64,000 nucleotides of DNA, taken from positions 96,001 through 160,000 of IMG/VR virus record IMGVR_UViG_3300035696_000004, one strand, 5' to 3'. The notes beneath the pieces are model-generated. The model did no database searches. It was given only the letters and a program-made list of their open reading frames with translations, and was not told where the DNA came from. The position numbers were made by a program, and so were the translations under genes. Of the stretch, positions 9,421 through 18,900 are shown piece by piece. Source of the stretch: a virus. Its lineage: Duplodnaviria > Caudoviricetes. The stretch's first letter is position 1, and every line of letters starts with the position of its first letter.

Positions 9421-10040
9421 TTCACCATTCCTTTATATTTCGATGAGCGGGTGTACCAGATGTTTTTGACGTACTCCCGGTTGATCTGATAGGCACTGAC
9501 AGAATAGGTACCACGAGGCTTTTTAGACTTCGTGGAGACCTGTTCTACGTTCCCAAACCAAACGGTAGGGTCGCAGCCCTTTGTGTTGCCACAGAGCCGC
9601 CTATCCGCCTGGAAACCCCCAAAACCGCCATTGTAACTCGAGAGCATGCAAGCCACCGAATCACGACCCGGTTTCATCAAACGAGAACACGATTGATAAA
9701 AGCCTCTGTCCATCACGACCCCGGCAATAACTTGATTCTGAAGATTGAAGCGATCAGACCATTGCCAGTTTCTGAGAGCAGGGACTTGGCGCTTCATCAT
9801 TTCAAAATTGTTGTATTGTCGGGTATTGGTCAGCTGAAAGACACCGAAACCGTATTCTTGGTTGGGTCCTCCTGCTTTGTTTTCGGTGTGAGGATTCAGG
9901 CAACGTGGACTCTTGAGCGACATGCAGGTTTCTTGCTCGGATTGTCCCATCAGAATTTCTTTTGCTGGCATCGTCGACCAAAAGCTCGGCAGGACGAGCG
10001 CAAGGACGGCGGCCAGCTTTGCAGCGGCCGCAGGAATCAT
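9417..10040 (-). CDS. lytic transglycosylase (SLT-like), candidate endolysin
   Basis: Likely start 10040 (ATGA overlap with upstream gene); EQET catalytic Glu, GFGVFQLT, SSYNGG motifs; hydrophobic N-terminus. Confidence 0.8.
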   Translation of the reverse strand: MIPAAAAKLAAVLALVLPSFWSTMPAKEILMGQSEQETCMSLKSPRCLNPHTENKAGGPNQEYGFGVFQLTNTRQYNNFEMMKRQVPALRNWQWSDRFNLQNQVIAGVVMDRGFYQSCSRLMKPGRDSVACMLSSYNGGFGGFQADRRLCGNTKGCDPTVWFGNVEQVSTKSKKPRGTYSVSAYQINREYVKNIWYTRSSKYKGMVK

Positions 10041-10498
10041 CGCCCGTTTACTCCTGCACCGTAACTCAGCGCCAGCCAGATAGCGAAGCCGATGATCACG
10101 AGCCCCGAGAATATCTTGAGTCCAGCCAATTCGATCCCCGCCGCAACATTGCCTTTGGATACGGCGTCTTTCAAATCTTTGATCGACGTACCCGACCAGA
10201 AGAGACGCGTCACCACCAGAGCAAACCCAGCAATCAACAGAATACCGCCGCACAACGTAATGGTCGTGATGAATTGCGGAAGATTGACAGGGCCGTCCGG
10301 TGAGACAGGGATCCTCAGCGTGAGCAGAATCCCCCCGACAACGATGAGCACCCATGCACTCGGGTCGAAGAAGGCTTTCATCCGATCATCCTTGGCGATC
10401 GTACGGAATGCCGCACCGGATTTCAGTCCGATGAAAGACAGGATGATCGCGAATAGCCAGATGGCTTTGGTGTACAACTTGGATAGCAACGATTTCAT
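10037..10498 (-). CDS. multi-TM membrane protein, holin-like (DUF350-like C-terminus)
   Basis: 3-4 TM segments; KGNVAAGIELAG motif; directly upstream of the transglycosylase; start may be 10381. Confidence 0.6.
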   Translation of the reverse strand: MKSLLSKLYTKAIWLFAIILSFIGLKSGAAFRTIAKDDRMKAFFDPSAWVLIVVGGILLTLRIPVSPDGPVNLPQFITTITLCGGILLIAGFALVVTRLFWSGTSIKDLKDAVSKGNVAAGIELAGLKIFSGLVIIGFAIWLALSYGAGVNGR

Positions 10499-10507
10499 TT
10501 CAGGCCC

Positions 10508-11110
10508 CTAATGGTCTTTGTAGGTGGGTGGCCACCCGGTGGTGTAATCGTATCCCAGGACAGACACCGCTGTTGCGCCATCCGCAGCAGCGAGAGCTTG
10601 CATGTTTGCCTTGTGGACATTAGCTGCTTTCGAGATGGCAGCGGACTGTTCAATCCCCGCCGTAAAAGCAGCGGTCGCAAATGCTTGATTGACAGGAATG
10701 ACGGTTTCATCCATACATGTCCAATCAATCCCGGACGGAATGTTTGCGCCCATTCCCGAAAACACGATGACCCGTGTCTTGTTGACTTCATCCGATTGAA
10801 TCCAGTACGTCGTTTCCGAAAGAACCACAGGATACCCACCGTTGAGATCCAGTGCGCGACTGTAGGCTTCAACACCGGCTAATTGAAACGCCAATGCACG
10901 GGCAACACTCGCGGGCGCCGTCAGGTGCGCTGTAATCACAGTTGTGATCGCATCTTCATTCCCGGATGCCGTTTGATCGAACTCCAGCGTATAGCCAAAC
11001 GTCGACATCGAAAAGGAGGATCCACATGCCGCTACCAATTCATCAGCCAGTGCAGCTGGGGAGAAATCAGGGTAGCTTCCATCGGCATTGGGCTGAATGA
11101 TGTATTGCAT
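10508..11110 (-). CDS. DUF4376-like tail-fibre-associated protein
   Basis: Start 11110 (MQYIIQP); WIQSDE..., WTCMDE, C-terminal YDYTTGWP typical of fibre-assembly proteins. Confidence 0.65.
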   Translation of the reverse strand: MQYIIQPNADGSYPDFSPAALADELVAACGSSFSMSTFGYTLEFDQTASGNEDAITTVITAHLTAPASVARALAFQLAGVEAYSRALDLNGGYPVVLSETTYWIQSDEVNKTRVIVFSGMGANIPSGIDWTCMDETVIPVNQAFATAAFTAGIEQSAAISKAANVHKANMQALAAADGATAVSVLGYDYTTGWPPTYKDH

Positions 11111-11124
11111 GTTTTTTCCTTTGA

Positions 11125-11709
11125 TTAGACGAGTCCGATGAATCCGGGTAAGAATTTGGCTTCGATAGTGCCCGCCAGTTGCACAGCGTGCTTCACTGTG
11201 CCTTCCCAATCCTGTTTGTCGATGATTATCCTGTCCCGGAAAAATGAGGCCCACTGGAACTCACTGTAGGGCGTATGGACTTTCGTAAAGCCACCAGCGT
11301 CACGACACACCCCAGCGAGAGATCGGTACGGATCATCGACCAAATCTTCCACACGTTTCGGGATTTGTGTCACGGACATCAGTTTTCCATCTGGACCTCC
11401 GAGATACAGAAGCTCCATGACGGACATGACTCGGAAGAACTTGTCCGGAGGGATGGTGTGGAATTCATGCACGGCATTGTAATAGCAGTGCTTGTGTTTT
11501 CTCCTGACCAGCGCCAGACCGAGATGGTGGTGATCAATCATGAACTTTCTGTTGCGGGGACCGGTGACGACCGGGAAAGGATGTTCCTGCAAATACAGAT
11601 CCAGTTCCTTCTCGGTCATCCCCTCGAGTCGAGCCTCTTTCAATTCCACTTCTTTATACCCTACCACAATTTGGGTAGGGTGAAGCTCGACGACTTCACC
11701 CTTATGCAT
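11125..11709 (-). CDS. stand-alone ParB-like (ParBc_2/sulfiredoxin-fold) protein
   Basis: LHPTQIVVG, IDHHHL, DDPYRSLAG, PYSEFQWA, C-terminal LPGF. Confidence 0.8.
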   Translation of the reverse strand: MHKGEVVELHPTQIVVGYKEVELKEARLEGMTEKELDLYLQEHPFPVVTGPRNRKFMIDHHHLGLALVRRKHKHCYYNAVHEFHTIPPDKFFRVMSVMELLYLGGPDGKLMSVTQIPKRVEDLVDDPYRSLAGVCRDAGGFTKVHTPYSEFQWASFFRDRIIIDKQDWEGTVKHAVQLAGTIEAKFLPGFIGLV

Positions 11710-11723
11710 TTTCGTTCCTTCCC

Positions 11724-14066
11724 TTAGCGCGCGAGCGCTGTCTTGTTGGGCATCTCAGCAAACGCCATGTAGATATAGCTATCGCCACTCTTGTTTGTAC
11801 CGGCATTGGCGTCACCGAGTAGGAAACCGTTGGACAGGAAATAATCCGTTCCATAGGCTGTCTGCTCAACTGCCGCTGAATCCGCATACAGTGAGTTGGT
11901 TACCGGGTTGACCGGATTCCTAACCGCATCCAACATGACCCAATCGGTGGTGCCGGTGGTGATGTCTTTGATCATGACGAACTTGGGACGGAAACCGCAG
12001 TAGACGAAATTACCCGTCGTCAACCCATTCCCGGTGTACGTACCAAACTTCGAGAAGTTTGGAATCTCTGAAAAGAGATACGCTACATATGTTGCGCCAG
12101 ACGCATTGACGTTGCTGGCACCCGACGTCCCTGTCGTGAACCCAAAGGTCGTTGACGTAGGAGAGGTGCTGATAGCGCCGTTTGCTGTGGCGGCAATCGG
12201 CAATTGTGCAGCCGGCTGATCCAGCTGGATGTAATATCCAGAGGTCAATCCCTTGTGGTAGACAAACCAATCGGTCGTCCCCGCAGAGCGACACTTCACG
12301 ATAATCATTGCCGGAACAACACCCAACGAATGCGCAATCGTTCGAGTCGTCGTTCCGTCACCCGTGTAAGTCTGGATGTCGATACCGGCCTTCGGGTCTT
12401 TCTTCCAGAACCAATCCACGTACGTCCGACCGCTGACGCCCAGATTGACATCCATCGTCACGCCATCCGAATTGAATGACGTGACCGAGTTGGCAGTGGA
12501 TTCTACAGTTTGGGTGTCGCTGTGCAACGTAGCGTTGACACCTCGGATGATGTCCATCAGGTTGTTACTATCCGAGGTATTCCGACACTTAGACCACACC
12601 ATGCCCGGAGCAAACAACATCCCCGAGATTGTCGTCGATGCACCCGTACCTGATCGAGCATCGATATCGAAATACTGCTTGGGGTTTTGAATAACGGGGG
12701 CGTTGAGATTCGAAGAGCACAGCGTCGTTGCACCCGACGGTTTGGTACGAATAAACGCGCGCTGGCCAAAGTTGATTGACACTTTATCGGTCGTCGCGTA
12801 GCATTCAACAAACGCACCCCATTGACGACCGTCGACAGCGAGTGTCGCAATCGTCACCCATGTCGTCCCGTCAACAGTATAACTCAGTTGATTCAACGTC
12901 CCATCAAACATGAATCCGATCGTGGTCCCGGTCGTATACGTCAAATGACCCGATGCGCCTGTGGTACTTTCGACGTACCAGTAGCCTGTCTGACTGACGG
13001 CGACAACACCGGCTCCCAGACTGGATGAGAACGACCCTGAGAGCGCAGCGATACCCAAGTTGATTTGAGTACCGAGGTTAGCAATCGTCACTTCCCAGTA
13101 GTACTTGCCTGCCCCAAACGCCATGTTTGCAGGTGCCATCCCGTACGCTCCGTTGCCGACAGCGTAGGTGTTGCCGACCGACAACGTGAGGGCGGTACCG
13201 AGTTGACCTTGCGGGTTCAGTGTCGGGAAGTTGTTTGTCGGGGTATCCAGCTGAGGATCGTACGTCGGGTCAGTGACCACACTAAACCCGGATGCGGTCC
13301 ACGTGTTTCCGAGACCGCTCGAATCTGTACCAAGCGCGGCTAAAGAACCTACCGAGCTGAAGTTCAGATACGCACCATTTGTTCCATACGTGCCCGTGTA
13401 CTTCTTCGGTAGCCACGCTCCCGATACAGGATCCGTATAGCCAAACGAAGAAGGTGTCAACGCTTGGCCGTCGACTTTGACGACTTCGGCGAAGAGCATA
13501 TTGGAATACTGGAGGTACGTCCCCGTCTGACCACTTCGGCCTATGAATTCAGGATACGTCGTAGTGTTGACGCTGGTTGTTGCATTTTGGGCATATGTTG
13601 CGGTAAACGTCATTGAGACAGCTTGACCATTCACCCACGCGAGCACACGGTTGGCGGCTGTGGCGTTGGTCGTATCGACAGCGAGCAAGACATGATACCA
13701 CGACGCTGTGTCGATATACACCCCTGCTGAAGTCCCTAAACAAGGGTTGCTACCAGGGATACCATCAAGGTAGTAGAGCTTCCCAGCGCTATTGATACGG
13801 AAACCTGTGTAGTTGTTGCCCGCCGTGTCGCCAGCTTCAAATAAAACTTCTCCTGTGGCGCCAATAGGATCGCTACGCTTGATCCAGGCGGACCAGGTCC
13901 AGGTCTTCGAATTCGAAGCGGAGGAATTGGTGCGCGTCAGATAGCTGGATTGTGCCGCCCGAGCACGCAAGGAGTTGGCGATCTGATACCCGACGCTTCC
14001 GCCGCCCGCACCACCATTGATAAAGAACGGAGCGAGGCGACGTTTTCGTTTTGTTGCATTGAGCAT
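11724..14066 (-). CDS. receptor-binding/tail-fibre protein with LamG/ConA-like, SPRY-like and two C-terminal beta modules
   Basis: KTWTWSAWIKR, WYHVLLAVDTT, GKYYWEV, YTGDG/YTGNG...PKFVMIK repeats; start 14066 after AAGGGG. Confidence 0.75.
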   Translation of the reverse strand: MLNATKRKRRLAPFFINGGAGGGSVGYQIANSLRARAAQSSYLTRTNSSASNSKTWTWSAWIKRSDPIGATGEVLFEAGDTAGNNYTGFRINSAGKLYYLDGIPGSNPCLGTSAGVYIDTASWYHVLLAVDTTNATAANRVLAWVNGQAVSMTFTATYAQNATTSVNTTTYPEFIGRSGQTGTYLQYSNMLFAEVVKVDGQALTPSSFGYTDPVSGAWLPKKYTGTYGTNGAYLNFSSVGSLAALGTDSSGLGNTWTASGFSVVTDPTYDPQLDTPTNNFPTLNPQGQLGTALTLSVGNTYAVGNGAYGMAPANMAFGAGKYYWEVTIANLGTQINLGIAALSGSFSSSLGAGVVAVSQTGYWYVESTTGASGHLTYTTGTTIGFMFDGTLNQLSYTVDGTTWVTIATLAVDGRQWGAFVECYATTDKVSINFGQRAFIRTKPSGATTLCSSNLNAPVIQNPKQYFDIDARSGTGASTTISGMLFAPGMVWSKCRNTSDSNNLMDIIRGVNATLHSDTQTVESTANSVTSFNSDGVTMDVNLGVSGRTYVDWFWKKDPKAGIDIQTYTGDGTTTRTIAHSLGVVPAMIIVKCRSAGTTDWFVYHKGLTSGYYIQLDQPAAQLPIAATANGAISTSPTSTTFGFTTGTSGASNVNASGATYVAYLFSEIPNFSKFGTYTGNGLTTGNFVYCGFRPKFVMIKDITTGTTDWVMLDAVRNPVNPVTNSLYADSAAVEQTAYGTDYFLSNGFLLGDANAGTNKSGDSYIYMAFAEMPNKTALAR

Positions 14067-14083
14067 TTCTGTCCCCTTGCTGA

Positions 14084-14473
14084 TTACGAAATGTTGTTGG
14101 TGTAACCTTCGCAATACAGAATGTTGCTCGCACCGCCGACGAAGTTAAATACGCAGACTCCCGACAAATTCGTGGGTACCGTCCCATTCGGGAACTTGAA
14201 GCCAGCCGATGCCCAGCTAGGCGTGAAGCCTGCTGTCGTGAGGATGAGCTTGTACATCGCGCCAGCCAAGATATTGGTCGGTGCGGCAAACGCTCTGGCA
14301 GCGGTCAACGTGCAGCTGACGACCTGTCCATTTGCCGTTCCGTCCCAGGCAATGGACGCTGCATCGGTGAGGGTCCCGGACAACGGGACTTGTTGTGCAG
14401 TGAACGTTTCTTGGGTTCCCAAGTTAGCATTCGTTGCATCTTTTTTTGCCAGGGCAAGTGTGGCAGAAGTCAT
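14084..14473 (-). CDS. small tail-fibre connector protein
   Basis: 129 aa; LTDAASIAWD...FKFPNGTVP module seen in fibre proteins; MTSATLALAK leader. Confidence 0.65.
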   Translation of the reverse strand: MTSATLALAKKDATNANLGTQETFTAQQVPLSGTLTDAASIAWDGTANGQVVSCTLTAARAFAAPTNILAGAMYKLILTTAGFTPSWASAGFKFPNGTVPTNLSGVCVFNFVGGASNILYCEGYTNNIS

Positions 14474-14492
14474 GGTGAAGATCCTTTAGATG

Positions 14493-14951
14493 TTACTTGG
14501 TGCGTTTGCCAGAGAAATACGTGTACTGTTGCGCGTTGGTGAGGCCGTCAGCGACAGCGCTGTAATACATGAGTTGGGCGTAATCACCCGCAGCGAGTTT
14601 TACAGGACCCGACGTTCCGCAAAGATTAAAGTTCGCAGAGCCGGAAGCCTCGATGGTTTCTTGCATTCGGAGTCGAAATACCCCGTTGACATACAGGTCG
14701 ATTGCTCGGTTACCTGGGCTAGCTGTCGAACCATGTACCCCGGCAGCAAATTCATACGTCCCGGCCTGTTGAGCTGTGAACCGCATGGTGCTCGTGCTGA
14801 ATTCAGTCAGATCATCAAACAAGACGGATTGAAAGTTGACGGCGGTGTACGTGGCCGCTGAGATAGATTGTGAAACAGATTGGTACACTGAAAAGTTACT
14901 CATCGCAGACATCTTTGCAATGAGGTTTGCCATGGTGGCGGCTTGAGTCAT
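14493..14951 (-). CDS. free-standing C1q/TNF-like tip domain, paralog 1
   Basis: FTAQQAGTYEF, LYVNG, VKLAAGDYAQL, YFSG: C1q-like beta sandwich; paralogous to the long-fibre C-terminus. Confidence 0.75.
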   Translation of the reverse strand: MTQAATMANLIAKMSAMSNFSVYQSVSQSISAATYTAVNFQSVLFDDLTEFSTSTMRFTAQQAGTYEFAAGVHGSTASPGNRAIDLYVNGVFRLRMQETIEASGSANFNLCGTSGPVKLAAGDYAQLMYYSAVADGLTNAQQYTYFSGKRTK

Positions 14952-14962
14952 TTCGAGCGTCC

Positions 14963-15418
14963 TTATTTTGTTCGTTGGCCAGAAAAATAGGTTATTGTGG
15001 AACCGGCTGTACTGGTGTCCGCTATGCCAGAAAAATAATACAGCTGTACATAGTCACCGGCATTCAGCTTCACAGGACCAGAGGAACCAGCAAAGGTAGC
15101 GCCACCAGCGGTGCTGCCAGTTTCTTGCATCCGGACGCGTTCTACACCATTGACGAACAGATACAAAATCTTTGCAGGACCACTCGTCGTCGTTCCGTGC
15201 ACTCCACCGAAGAATACGTACGTACCAGCTTGTTGGGCAGTAAACTTCGCCGCTGTACCAAGGGTACATTCACCCAGATCGTCGAATAAGGCTGCTTGGC
15301 AATTTAACGCCGCAGCTGTCGTGGCGGCGAACGACTGACTCGCATTCTGGTATAGATAGAAGTTCGACATTGTCGCCTTTGCTGCTAGCGAATACGCCAT
15401 TTGTGCAGCTTGCGTCAT
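14963..15418 (-). CDS. free-standing C1q/TNF-like tip domain, paralog 2
   Basis: Start 15418 (MTQAAQM) after AAGGA; FTAQQAGTYVF, LFVNG, VKLNAGDYVQL. Confidence 0.75.
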   Translation of the reverse strand: MTQAAQMAYSLAAKATMSNFYLYQNASQSFAATTAAALNCQAALFDDLGECTLGTAAKFTAQQAGTYVFFGGVHGTTTSGPAKILYLFVNGVERVRMQETGSTAGGATFAGSSGPVKLNAGDYVQLYYFSGIADTSTAGSTITYFSGQRTK

Positions 15419-15429
15419 TATTGTATCCT

Positions 15430-15891
15430 TTAATTTCCAATCGCCCACCAGTTAAAGCCCTGGACATTTGTCGATGCAATCGACATGATGGCCGCTATTT
15501 TCATTCCTGTTTTTGACTGTGATTCAGTATCAAAAACAAAAGGGTACGCGAGGATACTTACCCCGTTCAAAGATACGCCAGACCAAACGCATGCCGTTGG
15601 GAAAGCGAGTGGGAAGGTTATCACGGAATACGAAAACGTATTGGCCGTAAAGCTGGAGATCGATGTGTATCCCCACTGCAAAATCAACCCGCCTAGGCAC
15701 GAAGGCAGTTTGATGTACCCGTTGGCTCCGATACTGATCGAGAACCCTAAAGCCGTCATGATCACGGCCATTGCATTCCGAATCCAACTCGTGCTGGCAG
15801 GGTTTGCACTGTTATCAGCAAAAGAGGAATCATTGGTAGCGGTTTTGGTGGATTCGCTCCCATGTTGACCGTTTTGTGTTGCTTGTGTCAT
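15430..15891 (-). CDS. free-standing tail-fibre C-terminal (gp53-like/lectin-like) domain protein
   Basis: NGYIKLPSCLGGLILQWG, ITFPLAFPTAC, WWAIGN end. Confidence 0.75.
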   Translation of the reverse strand: MTQATQNGQHGSESTKTATNDSSFADNSANPASTSWIRNAMAVIMTALGFSISIGANGYIKLPSCLGGLILQWGYTSISSFTANTFSYSVITFPLAFPTACVWSGVSLNGVSILAYPFVFDTESQSKTGMKIAAIMSIASTNVQGFNWWAIGN

Positions 15892-15912
15892 GACGTAATA
15901 TCCTGTTGTGGG

Positions 15913-15941
15913 ACGGGGGAGGGATTTTTACCCTCCCCCGT
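15913..15941. other. GC-rich hairpin without a U-tract between the long fibre and the tip genes
   Basis: CGGGGGAGGG/CCCTCCCCCG 10-bp stem. Confidence 0.55.
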
Positions 15942-15950
15942 TGTTACATT

Positions 15951-18900
15951 TTACTTGACGCGATACCCACCAAAGAACGTATAGATACTCGACGCAATCA
16001 AGGTGTCAGCGACAGCCGGGTTGTAATACAACTGGACGTAGTCACCTGCGTTCAGCTTGATCGGACCCGACGTGGTTCCGAGCGGCAAGTTACCGTTGCT
16101 GTTGGAGGACGCCAAATACACTTTCAACACGCCATTGACATAGATCGCCAATGCGCGGGTGCCGGCCGTGGTGGACGAACCCAACACAGCGCCAGTGAAC
16201 ACATACGTACCTGCATTCACCGCGGTGAACTTGCCAGCCGTGCCCAAGGTGAACTCACCCAGATCATCAAACGTCGCTGTCTGGAAGTTCAGTGCATTCC
16301 AAGCACCCGCCGTAATCGTCTGGGCACTCGATTGATATACCGAGAAGTTCGACATCGCCACTTTCGTGACCATACTCCCTTCGGCAATATACCACGCACT
16401 CACGCCATCACTCTTAAGAATAGCCGTGTCGCTGTTCCCAAAGGTGAGCACCGAATACTTCGTGGCACCCGAATAGATACCGTCCGTACCCGCCGGAACA
16501 ACTGTCGCCCCAGCAATCATGCTCACAAATTGAATGGCGTAACCAGCCGGGAACGTCGATGCTGACGGCAACGTCGATTGCGTAGCCGTCTTCAGCAACA
16601 GCATCTGACCCATGACACTCGTCGTCAACACAGCCACAGCACTGACAGATGTGATGCCATTAGCACCCATTTGGCTTTGCTGCATCTGCACCAGTGTCGG
16701 GCAGTTGGCGATGTTGTACGGCAGGTACGCTACGACTTGAACCAGCGCCCCAGCAGGGATCAGGCTCGGCGTCGTCATGGTGACAGTCAAACCGTCCGTT
16801 GCCGTAAAGTCCGGTAAACCGTACTTAACACCGTTGACGAACACGTCCACCAGACCCGGGATATAACTGAACCCGGATTGCGAGAACGAAGCCTGCGAAG
16901 CCGTTGCCGTGAACTCAGTCGTAACACGCAGCAGCGTAGCATTCGTACTGGAGTAGCCGTACCACGCCACAAAGCTGACGTTTTCACCACCTGCAAACGT
17001 ACCGGACGGGAAGACGACCGTGCTACCGTTCGTTGCCGTAAAGTCCGATGCTGGCAACTTACGGCCTTGAACAAACGCTTGGAGCAAGTTCGGTGCGTAG
17101 TTCAGGTTGAACGTCGTTTGGTTTGCCGTTGCGGTAAACTCGTACGGCACGTAGCAGGCCGATTGACCCACGACACCATTGATGTTCGTTCCGTCACCAT
17201 ATACCACCATGCTACCGTTGTTCGGCAGGGCAATGCCCGTACCCGTAGCGCCTTGGGCCGTAACAGCGTAGCCACCCGTCGTTTGGTTCTCAACGATCCA
17301 GTTCCCTACCAGCGGGAACACAATCGTCGTAGCAGCCGTTGTGACACCCGTCAACTTGATCGTTGCGTTGGCTAGTTGTGCAGCCGACAGTGCCAAACTC
17401 GTGTAGCCCGTCACCGATACCGATACGACACCGTTGAACAACTGCGTCACGGCGTTGGCAATTTGCGTCAACGCACTGTTTGCAGAAGTCTGCGCGGCCG
17501 CCGCATTCGTGATACCGGTTTGGGCATCCGTCTCTGCGGTGTTGGCTTTGGTTTGAGCCGTGGCAGCATTGGTAATCGCCGTCTGAGCATCGGATTCAGC
17601 TTGAGAAGCCGCGGCAGCTGTTGCAGGAGTGAATCCCAGAGCAGTCGTCACATCCGAACTGGTCAACGTAACCGCACCGATACGACCATTGAACGAACCC
17701 ACTTCCGTAGATTGTCCATCGATCTTATCCCACGTCGTGCCATCGAAGGTCACGAAGTCGTTGACACTCCAGGACGAGACGCCATCCAGAGTCGTCGTAC
17801 CTGCTACGCTCACCTTGTAGAAATACCCCTTCGTACCCGTGCCGCTCGCAAGAGTCGGAGTGTTGGTAGAAGCATTCCACGTACCTTGGTAGTTCTCCGC
17901 ACCCAAGACCGAAGCAGGCAGTTGAGACGTCGGGATCTTGCCATTACTGTCGAGCGTAGCCACACCACCTGCCACCCCCTCCAGCGCAGTACTGATAGGA
18001 GTAAAGCCCAGCGCCGCGGTAACATCAGCAGACGCGAGTGCACGACCTGCCGTAGCGCGACCTTTAGCATCCACCGTCACGACGCCATACGTACCTGCCG
18101 CAATACCAGATGCCGCCAACGTGGCGGTCAGACTTCCTGCGGCGACGGTCACGTCCCCCGTCAAACCAGGGAATTCAGCCGGCAACAGATAGCCGTTCGA
18201 ATCCAGTTCTGCAACACCCGACTTCGCACCCAGGAGTGCTGCATTGATCGGCGTGAAACCCAGGGCCGACTCAATAGCCGCAGCCGTCGCTGCTACAGGG
18301 TTATATCCCAATGCAACAACAATGGCACCGACCGTCGCTTGGAGCGGCGTATAGCCGAGCGCACCACTGACATCGGTCGAACTCAATGCAGTACCCGCCG
18401 ACACACGACCCTTGGCATCAACCGTTACCTTGGTGTAGGTTCCGGCCGCGACACCCGTGTTGGACAACGTCAGGGCAAGTGCAGTCGAACCCGAACCCGT
18501 CACATCACCGGTTACCGTGATGGTTTGGTTTCCGGAAATATAACCATTCGGGTTTGTTGCATTATAAGGTGTGAAGCCAAGAGCGGCTTCCAGAGCAGCA
18601 GCGGTATTGGCAACCGGGGTGTAACCCAGAACAGCCGCAATCGCTGCCGACGTGTTAGCCAGAGGGGTGAAGCCCAACGCTGACACAACATCCGCCGAAG
18701 TCAGGCTGATCGCACCCGTGCGTCCATTGAACGAAAGCAACTCGTTAGCAATACCGTCGATCTTGTCGTAGGTCGTGCCGTTGAAGATGATCGTGTCGCC
18801 TACATTCCAGGTCGAAATTCCATCGACAGTGGTCGAACCAGCGGTGCTGACTTTGTAATAGTAGCCTTTCGTACCGACACCGCTAGCCAAAGCTGGCGTA

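Noticed and set aside
9417-11254. Track's extended starts for 9417..10355 and 10508..11254
   Set aside because: They overlap neighbouring genes by hundreds of nt; internal ATGs at 10040 and 11110 fit operon coupling better
14066-14114. Possible frameshift fusion of the 129-aa connector with the 780-aa RBP
   Set aside because: No slippery sequence seen; the downstream gene has its own SD (AAGGGG) and ATG
15896-15903. GATATTAC near the start of 15430..15891 as an early promoter
   Set aside because: Only 4 nt from the ATG and lacks the upstream element found in the real copies
14493-16370. Possible DGR template/variable repeats or shufflon among the C1q-like tips
   Set aside because: Copies differ at all four bases, not only adenines; no conserved crossover sites, reverse transcriptase or recombinase in the window
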